From Kiritimatiellia bacterium (GTDB lineage Bacteria; Verrucomicrobiota; Kiritimatiellia; RFP12; UBA1067): a stretch of 64,000 bases of DNA. Location of the stretch: assembly GCA_045636065.1 (NCBI GenBank), contig JAZTWW010000049.1, positions 5,168-69,167 of the forward strand, read 5' to 3'. Below the pieces are notes generated by a model. That model worked only from the letters and a program-made list of their open reading frames with translations. It was not told where the DNA came from and made no database searches. A program made the position numbers and the translations under genes. This document shows positions 1 through 9,338 of this stretch, in pieces. The stretch's first letter is position 1; each line of letters begins with the position of its first letter.

Positions 1-1079
1 GCGTTCGCTATAGGCTGCGCCTCGAAGCTGACGGCGTATTTGGCGCCCTTCTTGCGGAGAATGGCGATTGTACCCTTCTTGAGCTCGCCCTTCAAGGCGG
101 CCTCGACGGCCTTTGCGCCCGCAAGGCGCGCTTCGCGGCAGTCGCTCGCGGAGGCGATTCCCGGGAAGCTCCTCTGGAGGTAGCCGAAAGTATCGGCCCT
201 GACGCGCTTTATGCCGGAATTGGCCTTGAGGTACGTTGCAAGCGCATCGCCGAGCGCGCCCGTGCCGGAAAGCTGGAGGTTGCCGTGGCTATCCCTCTCG
301 CCGTTCGCGAAGCGCGCGGCGATGGGAGTGCCGTCCTTGTCGCGGATGCCCTCGGAGACGGCGACTACGCAGCGCCCTTCCTTCTCCATCACGGCCTTGA
401 CGTCCTCCACGAAGCCCTCAAGCGAGAACGGACGCTCGGGAAGGTATATGAGGTGGGGACCGTCGCCCCTGTTCTCGCGGGCAAGCGCGCTAGCAGCCGT
501 CAGATAGCCGGCATCGCGCCCCATTATGATGTCGATCTTGACGCCGCCGAGCGCGCGGTTGTCGAGATCGTCACCCTTTATGGCGCACGCGACGAAACGC
601 GCGGCCGAGCCGTATCCCGGCGTGTGGTCGCACGTTCTGAGATCGTTGTCGATAGTTTTGGGGATGTGGTAGCATACGAGCGGATAGCCTTCCTTCTCGG
701 CCTCCTCGGCGACGATGCGCGCGGCATCGGCGGAGTCGTTGCCGCCGATGTAGAAGAAATAGCCCACCTGGCGCTTCTTGAACGCCTCGAAGATCGCCTT
801 GCAATCCTCTGCGGTGGGCTTGCGCCTTACGCTGCCGAGAGCGGAGCTGGGAGTCTGGGCGATGGCGTTGAGCTTCTTGAGGTCAACCTTCCTCAAGTCG
901 ACGTATTCGCCGCCGAGTATGCCGGCTATGCCGTGCTTCGCGCCGAGGATCCAGCCGATCTTCTTCGACGCGGCGGCCGTGCGGGCCTTCAGTACGGCGC
1001 CTACGAGGCTCTGGTTTATGACCATCGAAGGTCCGCCCGACTGGGCGATCACCATGTTGTTGTATGCAGTCTTTTTCAT
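1..1079 (-). CDS. pfk: 6-phosphofructokinase family protein, probably the long PPi-dependent type. N-terminal 359 aa are present; the gene runs off the window start.
   Basis: Manual minus-strand translation from ATG (complement 1077-1079): MKKTAYNNMVIAQSGGPSMVINQSLVGAV..YIGGNDSADAA..YHIPKTIDNDL..IIMGRDAGYL. These are PFK motifs (GGxDS, PKTIDND, MGR). Open to position 1. Missed by the ORF track because there is no stop in the window. Confidence 0.8.
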   Translation of the reverse strand, partial: MKKTAYNNMVIAQSGGPSMVINQSLVGAVLKARTAAASKKIGWILGAKHGIAGILGGEYVDLRKVDLKKLNAIAQTPSSALGSVRRKPTAEDCKAIFEAFKKRQVGYFFYIGGNDSADAARIVAEEAEKEGYPLVCYHIPKTIDNDLRTCDHTPGYGSAARFVACAIKGDDLDNRALGGVKIDIIMGRDAGYLTAASALARENRGDGPHLIYLPERPFSLEGFVEDVKAVMEKEGRCVVAVSEGIRDKDGTPIAARFANGERDSHGNLQLSGTGALGDALATYLKANSGIKRVRADTFGYLQRSFPGIASASDCREARLAGAKAVEAALKGELKKGTIAILRKKGAKYAVSFEAQPIAN

Positions 1080-1127
1080 TGCATTTCCGTGATGGCTCTT
1101 TTCCACGCTCCACATCCCCAGGCGATA

Positions 1128-1985
1128 TCACCTGATCTCGCGCAAGAGACCTTCAGTCATCTTCAAGATCATTTCACGCTCGCCAGCCGATGCATTCTTG
1201 AATTCCTTGAGGCTCCTCTGGATCTCGGACTCGCTCGGAGAGCCCATGATTCTCGCCCCTTCGCGGAGCAGGCTCTCGTACTTCTTCAAGCCGGGAACAG
1301 ATTCATCGCCACCCTTCTTGGAGCTCTTCTGCGGCGCATCCAAGCTCTTCTGCAGCTGCGAAATGCCCTTTTCCATCGCCTTTCTGATCTGACGGGCCTG
1401 GAAACCTTCCATAAAGTAGGTCATCATGCTGCCGTACATGGCTGCGGCGAGCACGGCCAGGAGAACTACAAGCATAGAGAACCAGGGCTTCACGGTAGCA
1501 GGGGCTTCATCGGCATCGCCCTTCGCGGGAAGGAAACCAAACGCGACGACTGCGCCAATGCTCGCGAATGCGAACCAGGGGCACGGGAACGCCACTACGG
1601 CGATAGGCGCCAACGCGAACCATGCGCTGAATCTGGCGTCATTCAGACGGCGAACCGTGACAGGGAACATCGCAAGGACGGCTGCGACAAGGTTCGTCGT
1701 CGCCAATGCGGTAAAGAACGCCATCGGATACGACACCATACCCGACGTAGCACTGGGGTCGAGGACGAGCGCAATGATTGTACACACCAGGGACAGCACA
1801 AAAAGCGGCACGAACAGCAGGATGGCGGTCGACCAGTATTCGCCCGCGGACGCCTTTCCGCAAAGCGAGAAGAAGCTTCCAAGATCCTTCAGTTTTGCAA
1901 ACACCGCGCCAAAATCCAACAACTTGACGGGATTCTCCGCTTTGGCGGTTACGGGTTCTTCAACCTTCGTGTTTTCGTCGCTCAT
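1128..1985 (-). CDS. DUF805 (YhaH-like) family inner-membrane protein
   Basis: 285-aa ORF with multiple TM helices. Motifs GKASAGEYWSTAILLF and VRRLNDARFSAWFAL match the DUF805 signatures GR.SR.EYW and RRLHD.G.SGWW. Confidence 0.55.
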   Translation of the reverse strand: MSDENTKVEEPVTAKAENPVKLLDFGAVFAKLKDLGSFFSLCGKASAGEYWSTAILLFVPLFVLSLVCTIIALVLDPSATSGMVSYPMAFFTALATTNLVAAVLAMFPVTVRRLNDARFSAWFALAPIAVVAFPCPWFAFASIGAVVAFGFLPAKGDADEAPATVKPWFSMLVVLLAVLAAAMYGSMMTYFMEGFQARQIRKAMEKGISQLQKSLDAPQKSSKKGGDESVPGLKKYESLLREGARIMGSPSESEIQRSLKEFKNASAGEREMILKMTEGLLREIR

Positions 1986-2118
1986 TTTGCATTCCTTTCG
2001 CCCCTAGTTGCAGATCCACGGCCAGAGAACCGGGCCAGCCCTCATTCCGTGATCGTTAATGAAGTCTGTCGCGGGTGATATTATACCACTTTCCACGCAC
2101 CGATGGAAGCAAAAAGGT

Positions 2119-2877
2119 TTATTTGTGGGAGCCGAGGCGGCGTTCGCGGTGCGAATACGATTCGAGGGCGGCGTTGAAGTCGGCCTCGCTGAAATCGGGC
2201 CAGAGAACGTCGGTGATGTAGAATTCGCTGTAGGCGCATTCCCAGAGAAGGAAGTTCGATACGCGGAATTCGCCGGAGGTGCGGATTATGAGATCTGGAT
2301 CCGGGACGTCCGGGAGGTAGAGGCAGCTCGCGAAAAGCTCCTCGCGCTCCTTTGCACCCAAGCCAGCGCCTTCTCCCGCTTTGGAACCTGCATCCCCGCC
2401 GGGTTCAGCACCCGCATTCGCGGTGCGCATTTGAGCGAGCTTTGCGGCGTACCTCTCGGCGGCATCGACTATCTCCGCGCGACCGCCGTATGAAAGGCAC
2501 ACTATAAGCTCCCACTCGCCATTCCTGGTGGACTCCTCCAGATCGGCAATGAGCTTCTGGACCGATTCAGGGAGATCGCTTTTCCTGCCCATAACGCGGA
2601 AACGGACATTGTCCTTGAGAAGCTGCTTCTTCTTGCGCCTTATGTACCAGCCGAGAAGCTTCATAAGCCCATCGACCTCGACTTTGGGCCTGCGCCAGTT
2701 CTCCGTCGAAAAGGCGTAGACGCTGAGGTACTTGACCCCTGCGGCCCTTGCATAGTGCATCACCCTGTCGAGCGTCTCGACGCCGGCGCGATGCCCCTTG
2801 AGGCGGGGCTCGCCGCGCTTTATCGCCCAGCGGCCGTTGCCGTCCATTATGATGGCTATGTGCCTTGGCGCTTCCAT
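2119..2877 (-). CDS. uppS: Undecaprenyl-diphosphate synthase (isoprenyl transferase). Carries a Gly/Ala-rich internal insertion.
   Basis: MEAPRHIAIIMDGNGRWA..GH..G.ETL..YAFSTENW.RP..EV..LM..SYGGR.EI..RTSGE.R.SNFLLW. Start chosen at internal Met (2877) matching the UppS N-terminus. The ORF track extends to 2919 through the upstream gene. Confidence 0.9.
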   Translation of the reverse strand: MEAPRHIAIIMDGNGRWAIKRGEPRLKGHRAGVETLDRVMHYARAAGVKYLSVYAFSTENWRRPKVEVDGLMKLLGWYIRRKKKQLLKDNVRFRVMGRKSDLPESVQKLIADLEESTRNGEWELIVCLSYGGRAEIVDAAERYAAKLAQMRTANAGAEPGGDAGSKAGEGAGLGAKEREELFASCLYLPDVPDPDLIIRTSGEFRVSNFLLWECAYSEFYITDVLWPDFSEADFNAALESYSHRERRLGSHK

Positions 2878-2887
2878 TTGAATCCCC

Positions 2888-3583
2888 CTACTCGGCCGTC
2901 TCTTCGGCAGGTTCGCCATCGTCTGTCTGGGCGCTCAGGATGAACGAGGCCGTCTCCCACGAGGGGTGGCTCTTGTCCTTGAACACCTCCCTTATGATCG
3001 GCATCTTGACTTCATCGGACCTGTTGAGGATATCGGACATGATGAGATCGAGTATCTCGGGATCTTCGGTCGTATCGAGAAGGATCCCCGCAAGAAGCAT
3101 CACATGCTCGTCGGGGAGGAGATTGAGCGCGACATGTATCTCCTCTTCGCGGTTCTCCTTGTGGACACGGGCGAAAGCGGCCTTGAACGCGTCGATGTCC
3201 TCCTCGGTGACGCCGCCCTCGCGCTCGTCGCGCCAATCCTCGACGAAAGCGTCGAAAGCCTCCACGGCCTCGCGAGCAGCGACTGTCTCGGGATCCTCGG
3301 GCTCGTTCTCCGAGATCGGCTCCCCGTCTTCCGGCTCCTCCGCATCATCGCCCTCGGCCGGCTCTACGGCCTCGACGGCCCCCTTGGCTTCCTCCGCAGC
3401 GGCCTTTGGCGCTTCAACGGCCTTGGGAGCCTCCTCCGCGGCCTCGACTGCGGCAGGCTCATCCGCCGGCCCTTCAAGCTCGATTGTCGCAACATCCTTG
3501 GGGATGAAGAAGAATACGACCGCCGCCGCGGCAGCGAGAACGGCCGTCATCAATACCAGCTTAACTCTTGGATTCATTCCCAT
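2888..3583 (-). CDS. Hypothetical signal-anchored protein with an acidic Ala/Glu/Pro-rich low-complexity region
   Basis: 231-aa ORF. N-terminal hydrophobic segment (LVLMTAVLAAAAAVVFFFI), then an AEEAPKAVEAPKAAAEEA acidic repeat. No recognisable domain. Confidence 0.4.
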   Translation of the reverse strand: MGMNPRVKLVLMTAVLAAAAAVVFFFIPKDVATIELEGPADEPAAVEAAEEAPKAVEAPKAAAEEAKGAVEAVEPAEGDDAEEPEDGEPISENEPEDPETVAAREAVEAFDAFVEDWRDEREGGVTEEDIDAFKAAFARVHKENREEEIHVALNLLPDEHVMLLAGILLDTTEDPEILDLIMSDILNRSDEVKMPIIREVFKDKSHPSWETASFILSAQTDDGEPAEETAE

Positions 3584-4001
3584 CCCTCCTCATGAGCCAT
3601 ATTGCAGGGACTATCATTATTACGTCCCTTAGGATATCAAGCATTATCGCGACGCGCCCGGTGGGGGCGGACTCGTCGAAGCCGAAGCAGCCGCAGTCGA
3701 TATCGAGATCGCGTATCGCGGCCTGCGTCAGGGCGACGAGAAAGATAGCCAGCATCGCCGTCACGAGAAACGCGGCCTCGCGCCTCCACGGAGTTGCGAT
3801 AAGCATCACACCGGCGATAAGCTCGAGCATCGGCATTCCAAGCGCCAGCGGGCCGATGGCGAATCCGGGGAGCATGTCGAACTTCTCGATTGCATCCGCG
3901 AAGACGGCCGGATCGTCTATCTTCGAGATGGCCGCATAGATGAAAACGCCTCCAAGCGCGAGCCTTAGCACCCACTGGAGGATCTTTGCCTTCTTTGACA
4001 T
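3561..4001 (-). CDS. DoxX/MauE-family membrane protein
   Basis: 146 aa with 4 predicted TM helices. KILQWVLRLALGGVFIYAAISKI resembles the DoxX signature. A CGCFG motif is present in the last helix, as in MauE-like DoxX proteins. Confidence 0.55.
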   Translation of the reverse strand: MSKKAKILQWVLRLALGGVFIYAAISKIDDPAVFADAIEKFDMLPGFAIGPLALGMPMLELIAGVMLIATPWRREAAFLVTAMLAIFLVALTQAAIRDLDIDCGCFGFDESAPTGRVAIMLDILRDVIMIVPAIWLMRRDGNESKS

Positions 4002-4020
4002 TTCAACACCGCCTTAGCGT

Positions 4021-4203
4021 TCAGTCGTCAACGTATTCGTCGATGTCGCCGTCGTCATCGGCCCCGGATGCGCACGATGGCGCATCCCAGAGGCCGAAGA
4101 CGCTCACGCGCCGCTCCTCGTAGACCCTCATGTTGTTGAGGATCCCGAGGACCGCCGCCAATATGACGGCGGATATTATGACCTTGACCTTCATCGGTCT
4201 CAT
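4021..4203 (-). CDS. Small hypothetical secreted peptide (60 aa), possibly spurious
   Basis: ORF with signal-like N-terminus (MKVKVIISAVILAAVLGIL) and acidic C-terminus. Sits between the DoxX gene and the large He_PIG gene. No homology recognised. Confidence 0.2.
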   Translation of the reverse strand: MRPMKVKVIISAVILAAVLGILNNMRVYEERRVSVFGLWDAPSCASGADDDGDIDEYVDD

Positions 4204-7200
4204 TCCGGCATGACGGCGTTAGGGTCGTTGAGGGAGTAGCCCTCTTTGCCCTGGAGAAGCTCCATCACGAACGAGGTGACGCTCTTCTTGGCGACGACCT
4301 TGACGTAATTGAGCACGAACGTGCCGTCCCACTCCTTGAAGCTATTGGCCTCGGAGAAGTACATCACCGTGCTGCCGCTGACGGCAACGCCGTTGTACTT
4401 GCCGCTGAACGTCGCCGTTCCGGCCGCCGCCACCTTGACGGTGAGCGTGTCGAGCTTGTACGTTCCGACGGCCGCCTTCACGAGAGGCGTCGCCTCGGCC
4501 TTGGTGTCCGTCGCCTTGACGGCATCGCGCTGGGCCGTCAGGAGGACGGTCTCTCCGTCCTTCTTGATGAGCGTACCCTGCATCTGGAACGCCGTCGCCG
4601 GGGCGGTCGTATCGAGGACGAGTTCGAGCACGTCGCCCGCCTTCGTCTCGAGCTCCGCAAAGAGCATGCCCTTGCCGTCAAGCTCGTCCCACGACGCGGC
4701 CGAGAACGAATACGTGGCGTCCTGGAGAGTGACCTTCGCCGTGATCTTGCCGGCGGCAGTCACGCTCGCCGTGAAGAGGCCCTTGACATTCTCGGGATCG
4801 ACGTAGTCGCAGTCGGGGCCGTCGCCGCATCCGGCGAGCACCTTGCCCTCGGTGTACGCGAAGCCGTTGAACGTGCCGACGGACGTGGGAAGCGCATTTA
4901 CGGTGATGTTGATGTTGAACACGCTAGAGGTCTTTCCGGCTGTCGTGGTGGCCGTGATCTTGACGGCGGAGGGGGTCGTAAGACCGCTCTTGGCGTTGAC
5001 CTTGGACGGCGTGGTGGGCGTTCCGGAGATGCTGTACTCCTTCGTCTCCTTGTCCTGGACGAGCTTGAGGCCGGCGGGAAGACCTGTCGCCTTCAAGGTG
5101 TTGGCGCCGATGCTCCACGCCTCAACCGGGAACGTCACGGGGACGCCGCTGTAGACGGAGAGTTCAATGGGGTCGGCATCGGGGGCATACGATTCGCCGT
5201 TGAACCAGAAGGCGTAGGGGGCGTCCTCGGTCTTCGTGCAGAAGACGGCCCTGTAAGTCACGTCCTCGGTGCCGGTCGTGAAGGTGTAGGATACGTTTCC
5301 GGAGACGAGCTCTACGCCCTGGTACCAGCCTGTGAAGACGCTGTTCTTCGCGGCCGTGGCCTTGATGGTGACCTTCTTGTTGGCCGGATAGGAGCCGGCG
5401 CCTGTCACGGTACCTGTGGCGGAGGGGTCGTCGTAGCTCCCCGTTTCGAGCGTCACCGTCACGTTCTTCACGAGAATGAAGATCGTCGCGACCTCGGTGG
5501 CGGCGCCGGCCATCTTGGCGGTGAGCGTCACCGTGTAGCCGCCAGCCTTGGTGGGCGTACCCGCGATGCCGGTCGTCTTGTTGTACTTGAGGCCCGTGGG
5601 AAGGCCAGCGACCGTAAGGTTGTACCCCTTCTCGACTTCGGGGACGATAGGATCGATGGCAACTCCGGCCACGTACACGTAGGCGTCCATCTCAGGCGAA
5701 ATGCCTCTGATCTTCTCGCTCGTCATGTTCGGGAACTTGATCGAGACCGTCTTCTTGACGGGGTCCTTGTTCGTCACATTGGTGGCGGAAATCTCGAACG
5801 TGTATTCGCCAGGGGTCGAAAGCGTGCCGGTGACGGTAAGAGACGCCGCATTGAACGTGAGCCCCTTGGGAAGGCCGGTGACGGTCACGTTGGGAAGCGA
5901 AACGGACGTGACGCCGATCTCGACATTGACCTCGCCCGCGTCGCCCGTCGTGAACTCGTCCTCCATGTCGATGGAAAGAGCGTCCTCTTCGGAGTCCGCG
6001 AACGTCGCCTGCCAGGTGGCAGGCGAATCGGCCGCCAGCAGGAAGGTGAACGAGGGCGTACGGTAGTCGAAGCCTTCAATATCCACTGCGTCGCCGTTCT
6101 GGTCGAGCCAGCCGGAGAAGACGCTTCCCTCGGCGGGAGTCGCTGTGACGGTGACCTTCGCGAGAGGCGCATAGGCTCCCTCGCCCGACACCTCGCCCTT
6201 GCCCGTACCGTTCTCCGAGACGGACACGTCGACGTACCTGTACTCGCCGGACTTCACGTAGACGGTCCTGGAGAAGCTTTCAGTCTTGAGCTTGTCGTCG
6301 TCGTTGTAGTAGGCGCCCTTGCCGGTGATCGTGAACGGGCCCTCCTTGCTGGGCGTACCGTATGCGGTGTAGACGGTGGCTCCGTCAATTGTCGTCTTCT
6401 TGAGCGTAAGCCCGGTGGGAAGCCCGGAGATGGCCGTGGGGCCGGTCTTCTCGTAGTACTCGCCGAGAGTGACGCCATCCTCGCCGAGCGATTCGCCGAC
6501 GGAAAGGTTCTCAAGACCGCCGAGATCTACTCCAAGATCGTCCGGGCTGAAGGGATCGACTATCACGAGCGAATTGGCCGTCTCCTTGGAACCGTCCTCG
6601 AATGTGACGGTTGCCGTGGCGACGAACGTGCCGGCCTTCTTGGGGGCGCCCTTGATGAAGTAGCTCCTGTCGCCGTCCTCGCTCTCCTTGGCGAGGCTGA
6701 GGCCGGAAGGAAGCCCCTTCACGGAGATGCTCTTTATGTCGGCGCTGATGCCGAAAAGCGCGTCGATGGGCTCGTCGCCCACATCCTCGCCGTAGGAGCA
6801 GTAGAAGTCGTTCGGCGTGATGTTGCCGGACGCCGTGGGCCTTCCGGAGACCGTCATGACAGCGTAGTCGCTGTACTTGAAGCCGTTGGCGTTCGTGGCC
6901 GTGGCCTTGACGGTGTACACGCCGAGCTTAGAGGGCGTGCCGGAGATGATGCAGACGGGCTCATCCTCTTCATCTACGCCCATCTCGCTCACGAGACCGG
7001 CGGGGAGCCCGGTGAAGGAGACCGTCGGATCGGAGCCGGAATCGAGCGCGAAGACGATCCTGTTGTCTACCTCGACCTCCCTCTTCTCTCCTGTTTCCGG
7101 ATCCTCCTCCTCATAGGTGTAGTAAAGGCTTTCACCCTCTGTAAGCGTCTGGCTCAGCGAAAGCGATGCGTCGAACCTGAGGAAGTCGTCCTTCGCCTCA

Positions 7201-7259
7201 ACATCGGCAAACGACGTCGCGCAGGCGAGAGCGCCCGCAATAGCCATAAGTTTTTTCAT
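4200..7259 (-). CDS. Giant secreted protein with repeated 'putative Ig' (He_PIG / dystroglycan-type cadherin-like) domains and InlB-B-repeat-like modules
   Basis: Start set at MKKLMAIAGALACATSFA (signal peptide; ATG complement 7257-7259, RBS-like AAAGGAAAAGAGG upstream). At least 5 repeats of the motif GLP.GL....TG.ISGTP.K.G.YT. Two G.V.G.G.Y..G..V.L.A.P..G..F.GW modules. Confidence 0.75.
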   Translation of the reverse strand: MKKLMAIAGALACATSFADVEAKDDFLRFDASLSLSQTLTEGESLYYTYEEEDPETGEKREVEVDNRIVFALDSGSDPTVSFTGLPAGLVSEMGVDEEDEPVCIISGTPSKLGVYTVKATATNANGFKYSDYAVMTVSGRPTASGNITPNDFYCSYGEDVGDEPIDALFGISADIKSISVKGLPSGLSLAKESEDGDRSYFIKGAPKKAGTFVATATVTFEDGSKETANSLVIVDPFSPDDLGVDLGGLENLSVGESLGEDGVTLGEYYEKTGPTAISGLPTGLTLKKTTIDGATVYTAYGTPSKEGPFTITGKGAYYNDDDKLKTESFSRTVYVKSGEYRYVDVSVSENGTGKGEVSGEGAYAPLAKVTVTATPAEGSVFSGWLDQNGDAVDIEGFDYRTPSFTFLLAADSPATWQATFADSEEDALSIDMEDEFTTGDAGEVNVEIGVTSVSLPNVTVTGLPKGLTFNAASLTVTGTLSTPGEYTFEISATNVTNKDPVKKTVSIKFPNMTSEKIRGISPEMDAYVYVAGVAIDPIVPEVEKGYNLTVAGLPTGLKYNKTTGIAGTPTKAGGYTVTLTAKMAGAATEVATIFILVKNVTVTLETGSYDDPSATGTVTGAGSYPANKKVTIKATAAKNSVFTGWYQGVELVSGNVSYTFTTGTEDVTYRAVFCTKTEDAPYAFWFNGESYAPDADPIELSVYSGVPVTFPVEAWSIGANTLKATGLPAGLKLVQDKETKEYSISGTPTTPSKVNAKSGLTTPSAVKITATTTAGKTSSVFNINITVNALPTSVGTFNGFAYTEGKVLAGCGDGPDCDYVDPENVKGLFTASVTAAGKITAKVTLQDATYSFSAASWDELDGKGMLFAELETKAGDVLELVLDTTAPATAFQMQGTLIKKDGETVLLTAQRDAVKATDTKAEATPLVKAAVGTYKLDTLTVKVAAAGTATFSGKYNGVAVSGSTVMYFSEANSFKEWDGTFVLNYVKVVAKKSVTSFVMELLQGKEGYSLNDPNAVMPE

Positions 7260-7310
7260 AGCTTGCCTCTTTTCCTTTAAAACCTTGTTGCGTTGCTGCC
7301 TTGCCATAAC

Positions 7311-8138
7311 TCATTCTTCGAGATCGGTGGCGTTTTCGTTGACCCAGGTGCGCGCCGCACCTGCGTTCTGGTACTCGTCGCCCGTCCAGTCCTCGTACTT
7401 GGCGCGGCCTGTCTCCTGGCCCACGACATTGCCGTTCTCGATGACATCGATGATCGTCTCCATGATGAGCCTTTCATCGTCGAGCTGGTCGAGCTGGTCG
7501 AGCATGAACTCGCAGTTGTCCTTTTCCATCACCGTCTTGGCGATGCGGGCGATGTCGGAGGCGAACTGCGCCGCATCGTCGCTGTCCTCAAGATCGTAGT
7601 TGTTCGGATCCATGACGAGCTGTTCGATCTGCTCCTGGGCGGAGAGGGCGACATTCTCGTCAGCGTCGGCGAGGGCCGCCGCAAGCTCCGGGAGGGCCTT
7701 GCGGCCGAAGGAGCCAAGCCCCTGGACGGCGTTCACCCTTACGCGGGGATCGGCCGATGCAAACGCCTGCGACGCCGCGTCAAGCGCGCTTTCAAACGTC
7801 TCCTCGCTCACAGCCCTCTCAATGGCATCGTTTATCGCCATATCCTCGGCGGTATACGGCGCAAGTTCGGGATCGGCCGAAACCTTAGGTTCGGCATTGT
7901 TGCCGCCCTCCTCCTGGACGGGCTGGGCCTCGGCCGACTTTGCGGCCTCCTCCTTGGCCTTCCTCCTAGCCTCGCGCTGGGCCTTTGCCTCGCGGCGCTT
8001 TTCGGCATAGGTCTTCTTCTTCGGCGTTTCGCCGGCCTGCGGCTTTTCCGCCGGGGCGTCGTTCAGATACCAGACGACCCCTGCCGCGCACGCCGCAATG
8101 ACGGCCGCTGCCGCAAGAAGCTTTGCACTTGCCTTCAT
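7311..8138 (-). CDS. Hypothetical signal-anchored protein with a Lys/Glu-rich linker and HEAT-like repeats
   Basis: 275 aa. N-terminal hydrophobic anchor, KKKTYAEKRREAKAQREARRKAKEE charged segment, PRVRVNAVQGLGSFG..ALPELAAALADADENVAL HEAT/PBS-lyase-like repeats. Confidence 0.45.
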   Translation of the reverse strand: MKASAKLLAAAAVIAACAAGVVWYLNDAPAEKPQAGETPKKKTYAEKRREAKAQREARRKAKEEAAKSAEAQPVQEEGGNNAEPKVSADPELAPYTAEDMAINDAIERAVSEETFESALDAASQAFASADPRVRVNAVQGLGSFGRKALPELAAALADADENVALSAQEQIEQLVMDPNNYDLEDSDDAAQFASDIARIAKTVMEKDNCEFMLDQLDQLDDERLIMETIIDVIENGNVVGQETGRAKYEDWTGDEYQNAGAARTWVNENATDLEE

Positions 8139-8157
8139 CTTCTCTCCTTTCTCCGTT

Positions 8158-9312
8158 CTACAGCGAAGCGTCCTCGTCGGGATCCGCCGATACGCCAGAT
8201 GGATCCTCGCTCGGCTTGCTTACCTCTCCGCCGTATGATTCACCTTTTACGACAAGCGTTATCTTACGCTTGACGACCGTCTTGGCAGGGTCGGAACCCG
8301 TCACCGAGACCTCAATCTCATACTTGCCCCTGTCATCGGGGCTGCCCCAGAGGAGACCTCCAAGGCCACTGAGGAAGAGCCCGTCGGGAAGATCCCTGTC
8401 GGTCGTGAACGTGACCGGCCTCGAATCGTCCGAAACGGGAATCCTGATTCTCATGGGTTCGTCAACCCTCACTACAAGCTGCGTCTCTGCGGGGAAATCG
8501 ACGATCGGCGGCTTGACGAGCGCGGCGTCCCTGAAGACGGCCGTGTACATCCCGCATTTCATGTCGTCCTTGACAACGAGCTTCGTGTTCCATCCGGCCA
8601 TCTCTCCGTCAGGATCGCGCCACATGTAGAAGACGCTTCCTTCAGCAGGCTTGGCGATGGCCGTTACATTGCCGCCGTTGTGCAGAAGCCCGTCCTTGGG
8701 CTCCATGCTCACCGTACCTTCGCCCTCGACCTTCGTTTCGACCCTCTTGGCGGTGGCGGACATCATGTCCTTTATGGTCTTGTGCTCGCCCAACGCGAGA
8801 TAGCCTGCAAGAGGCTTGTCGAGGGCCGTAAGAAGCTCCTCTATCGTCTCCTGGAACTTCCCGACCTTCATAAGGCCGCGCCTGCCCATGAAGGCATAGC
8901 GTGAAACTTTGCCTTCCTTGTCAGTGTAGGTCACGACCATCTGCGGATACCCGTGGAGGTTCCACTCGCCCTGATCCTTCAAGGCCGCATCGAGAAGCCC
9001 GGCTGCAAAATGATTACGGTCGATCTTGCCTTTTACGTTCATGTACGCGAGATACGGTTTCCTGTCCTCGCACCAGAGACGGAACGCCTCGCCCTCCATC
9101 ACCTTCTTGAGGCGCGTGCAGTATACGCATGCGTCGGAGGGGCGGGAGAGGAAGAGAACCATAGGTACGCCGTCGCGCTTGGCGGCCGCGAAGACCTCCT
9201 CGACGTTGACGTTCCACTGGCCGGTCTTCACATCGCCCTTCGATATCGTGAAGGCGCAAAGCTGCATGGCGGCGAAAAACGCCGCAGCGGCCGTCAGGGC
9301 AATCCTCTTCAT
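8158..9312 (-). CDS. Secreted protein with an N-terminal thioredoxin-like CxxC module and a C-terminal Ig-like/InlB-B-repeat-like module
   Basis: Start set at MKRIALTAAAAFFAAMQLCA (signal peptide; ATG complement 9310-9312 preceded by GGAGG). The ORF-track N-terminal extension overlaps the upstream gene and is Arg-rich junk. DGVPMVLFLSRPSDACVYCTRL parallels the Trx-like modules of the adjacent giant gene. AKPAEGSVFYMWRD motif. Confidence 0.55.
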   Translation of the reverse strand: MKRIALTAAAAFFAAMQLCAFTISKGDVKTGQWNVNVEEVFAAAKRDGVPMVLFLSRPSDACVYCTRLKKVMEGEAFRLWCEDRKPYLAYMNVKGKIDRNHFAAGLLDAALKDQGEWNLHGYPQMVVTYTDKEGKVSRYAFMGRRGLMKVGKFQETIEELLTALDKPLAGYLALGEHKTIKDMMSATAKRVETKVEGEGTVSMEPKDGLLHNGGNVTAIAKPAEGSVFYMWRDPDGEMAGWNTKLVVKDDMKCGMYTAVFRDAALVKPPIVDFPAETQLVVRVDEPMRIRIPVSDDSRPVTFTTDRDLPDGLFLSGLGGLLWGSPDDRGKYEIEVSVTGSDPAKTVVKRKITLVVKGESYGGEVSKPSEDPSGVSADPDEDASL

Positions 9313-9338
9313 CTTCCCCCTCCTTTCAAACCGGTTGA

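Noticed and set aside
285-2078. 597-aa + strand ORF, the longest + strand ORF in the window
   Set aside because: It is the antisense shadow of the minus-strand pfk and DUF805 genes. The product is Arg/Ala/Gly/Leu-rich nonsense without motifs, typical of high-GC antisense frames. The minus-strand frame gives clear PFK motifs.
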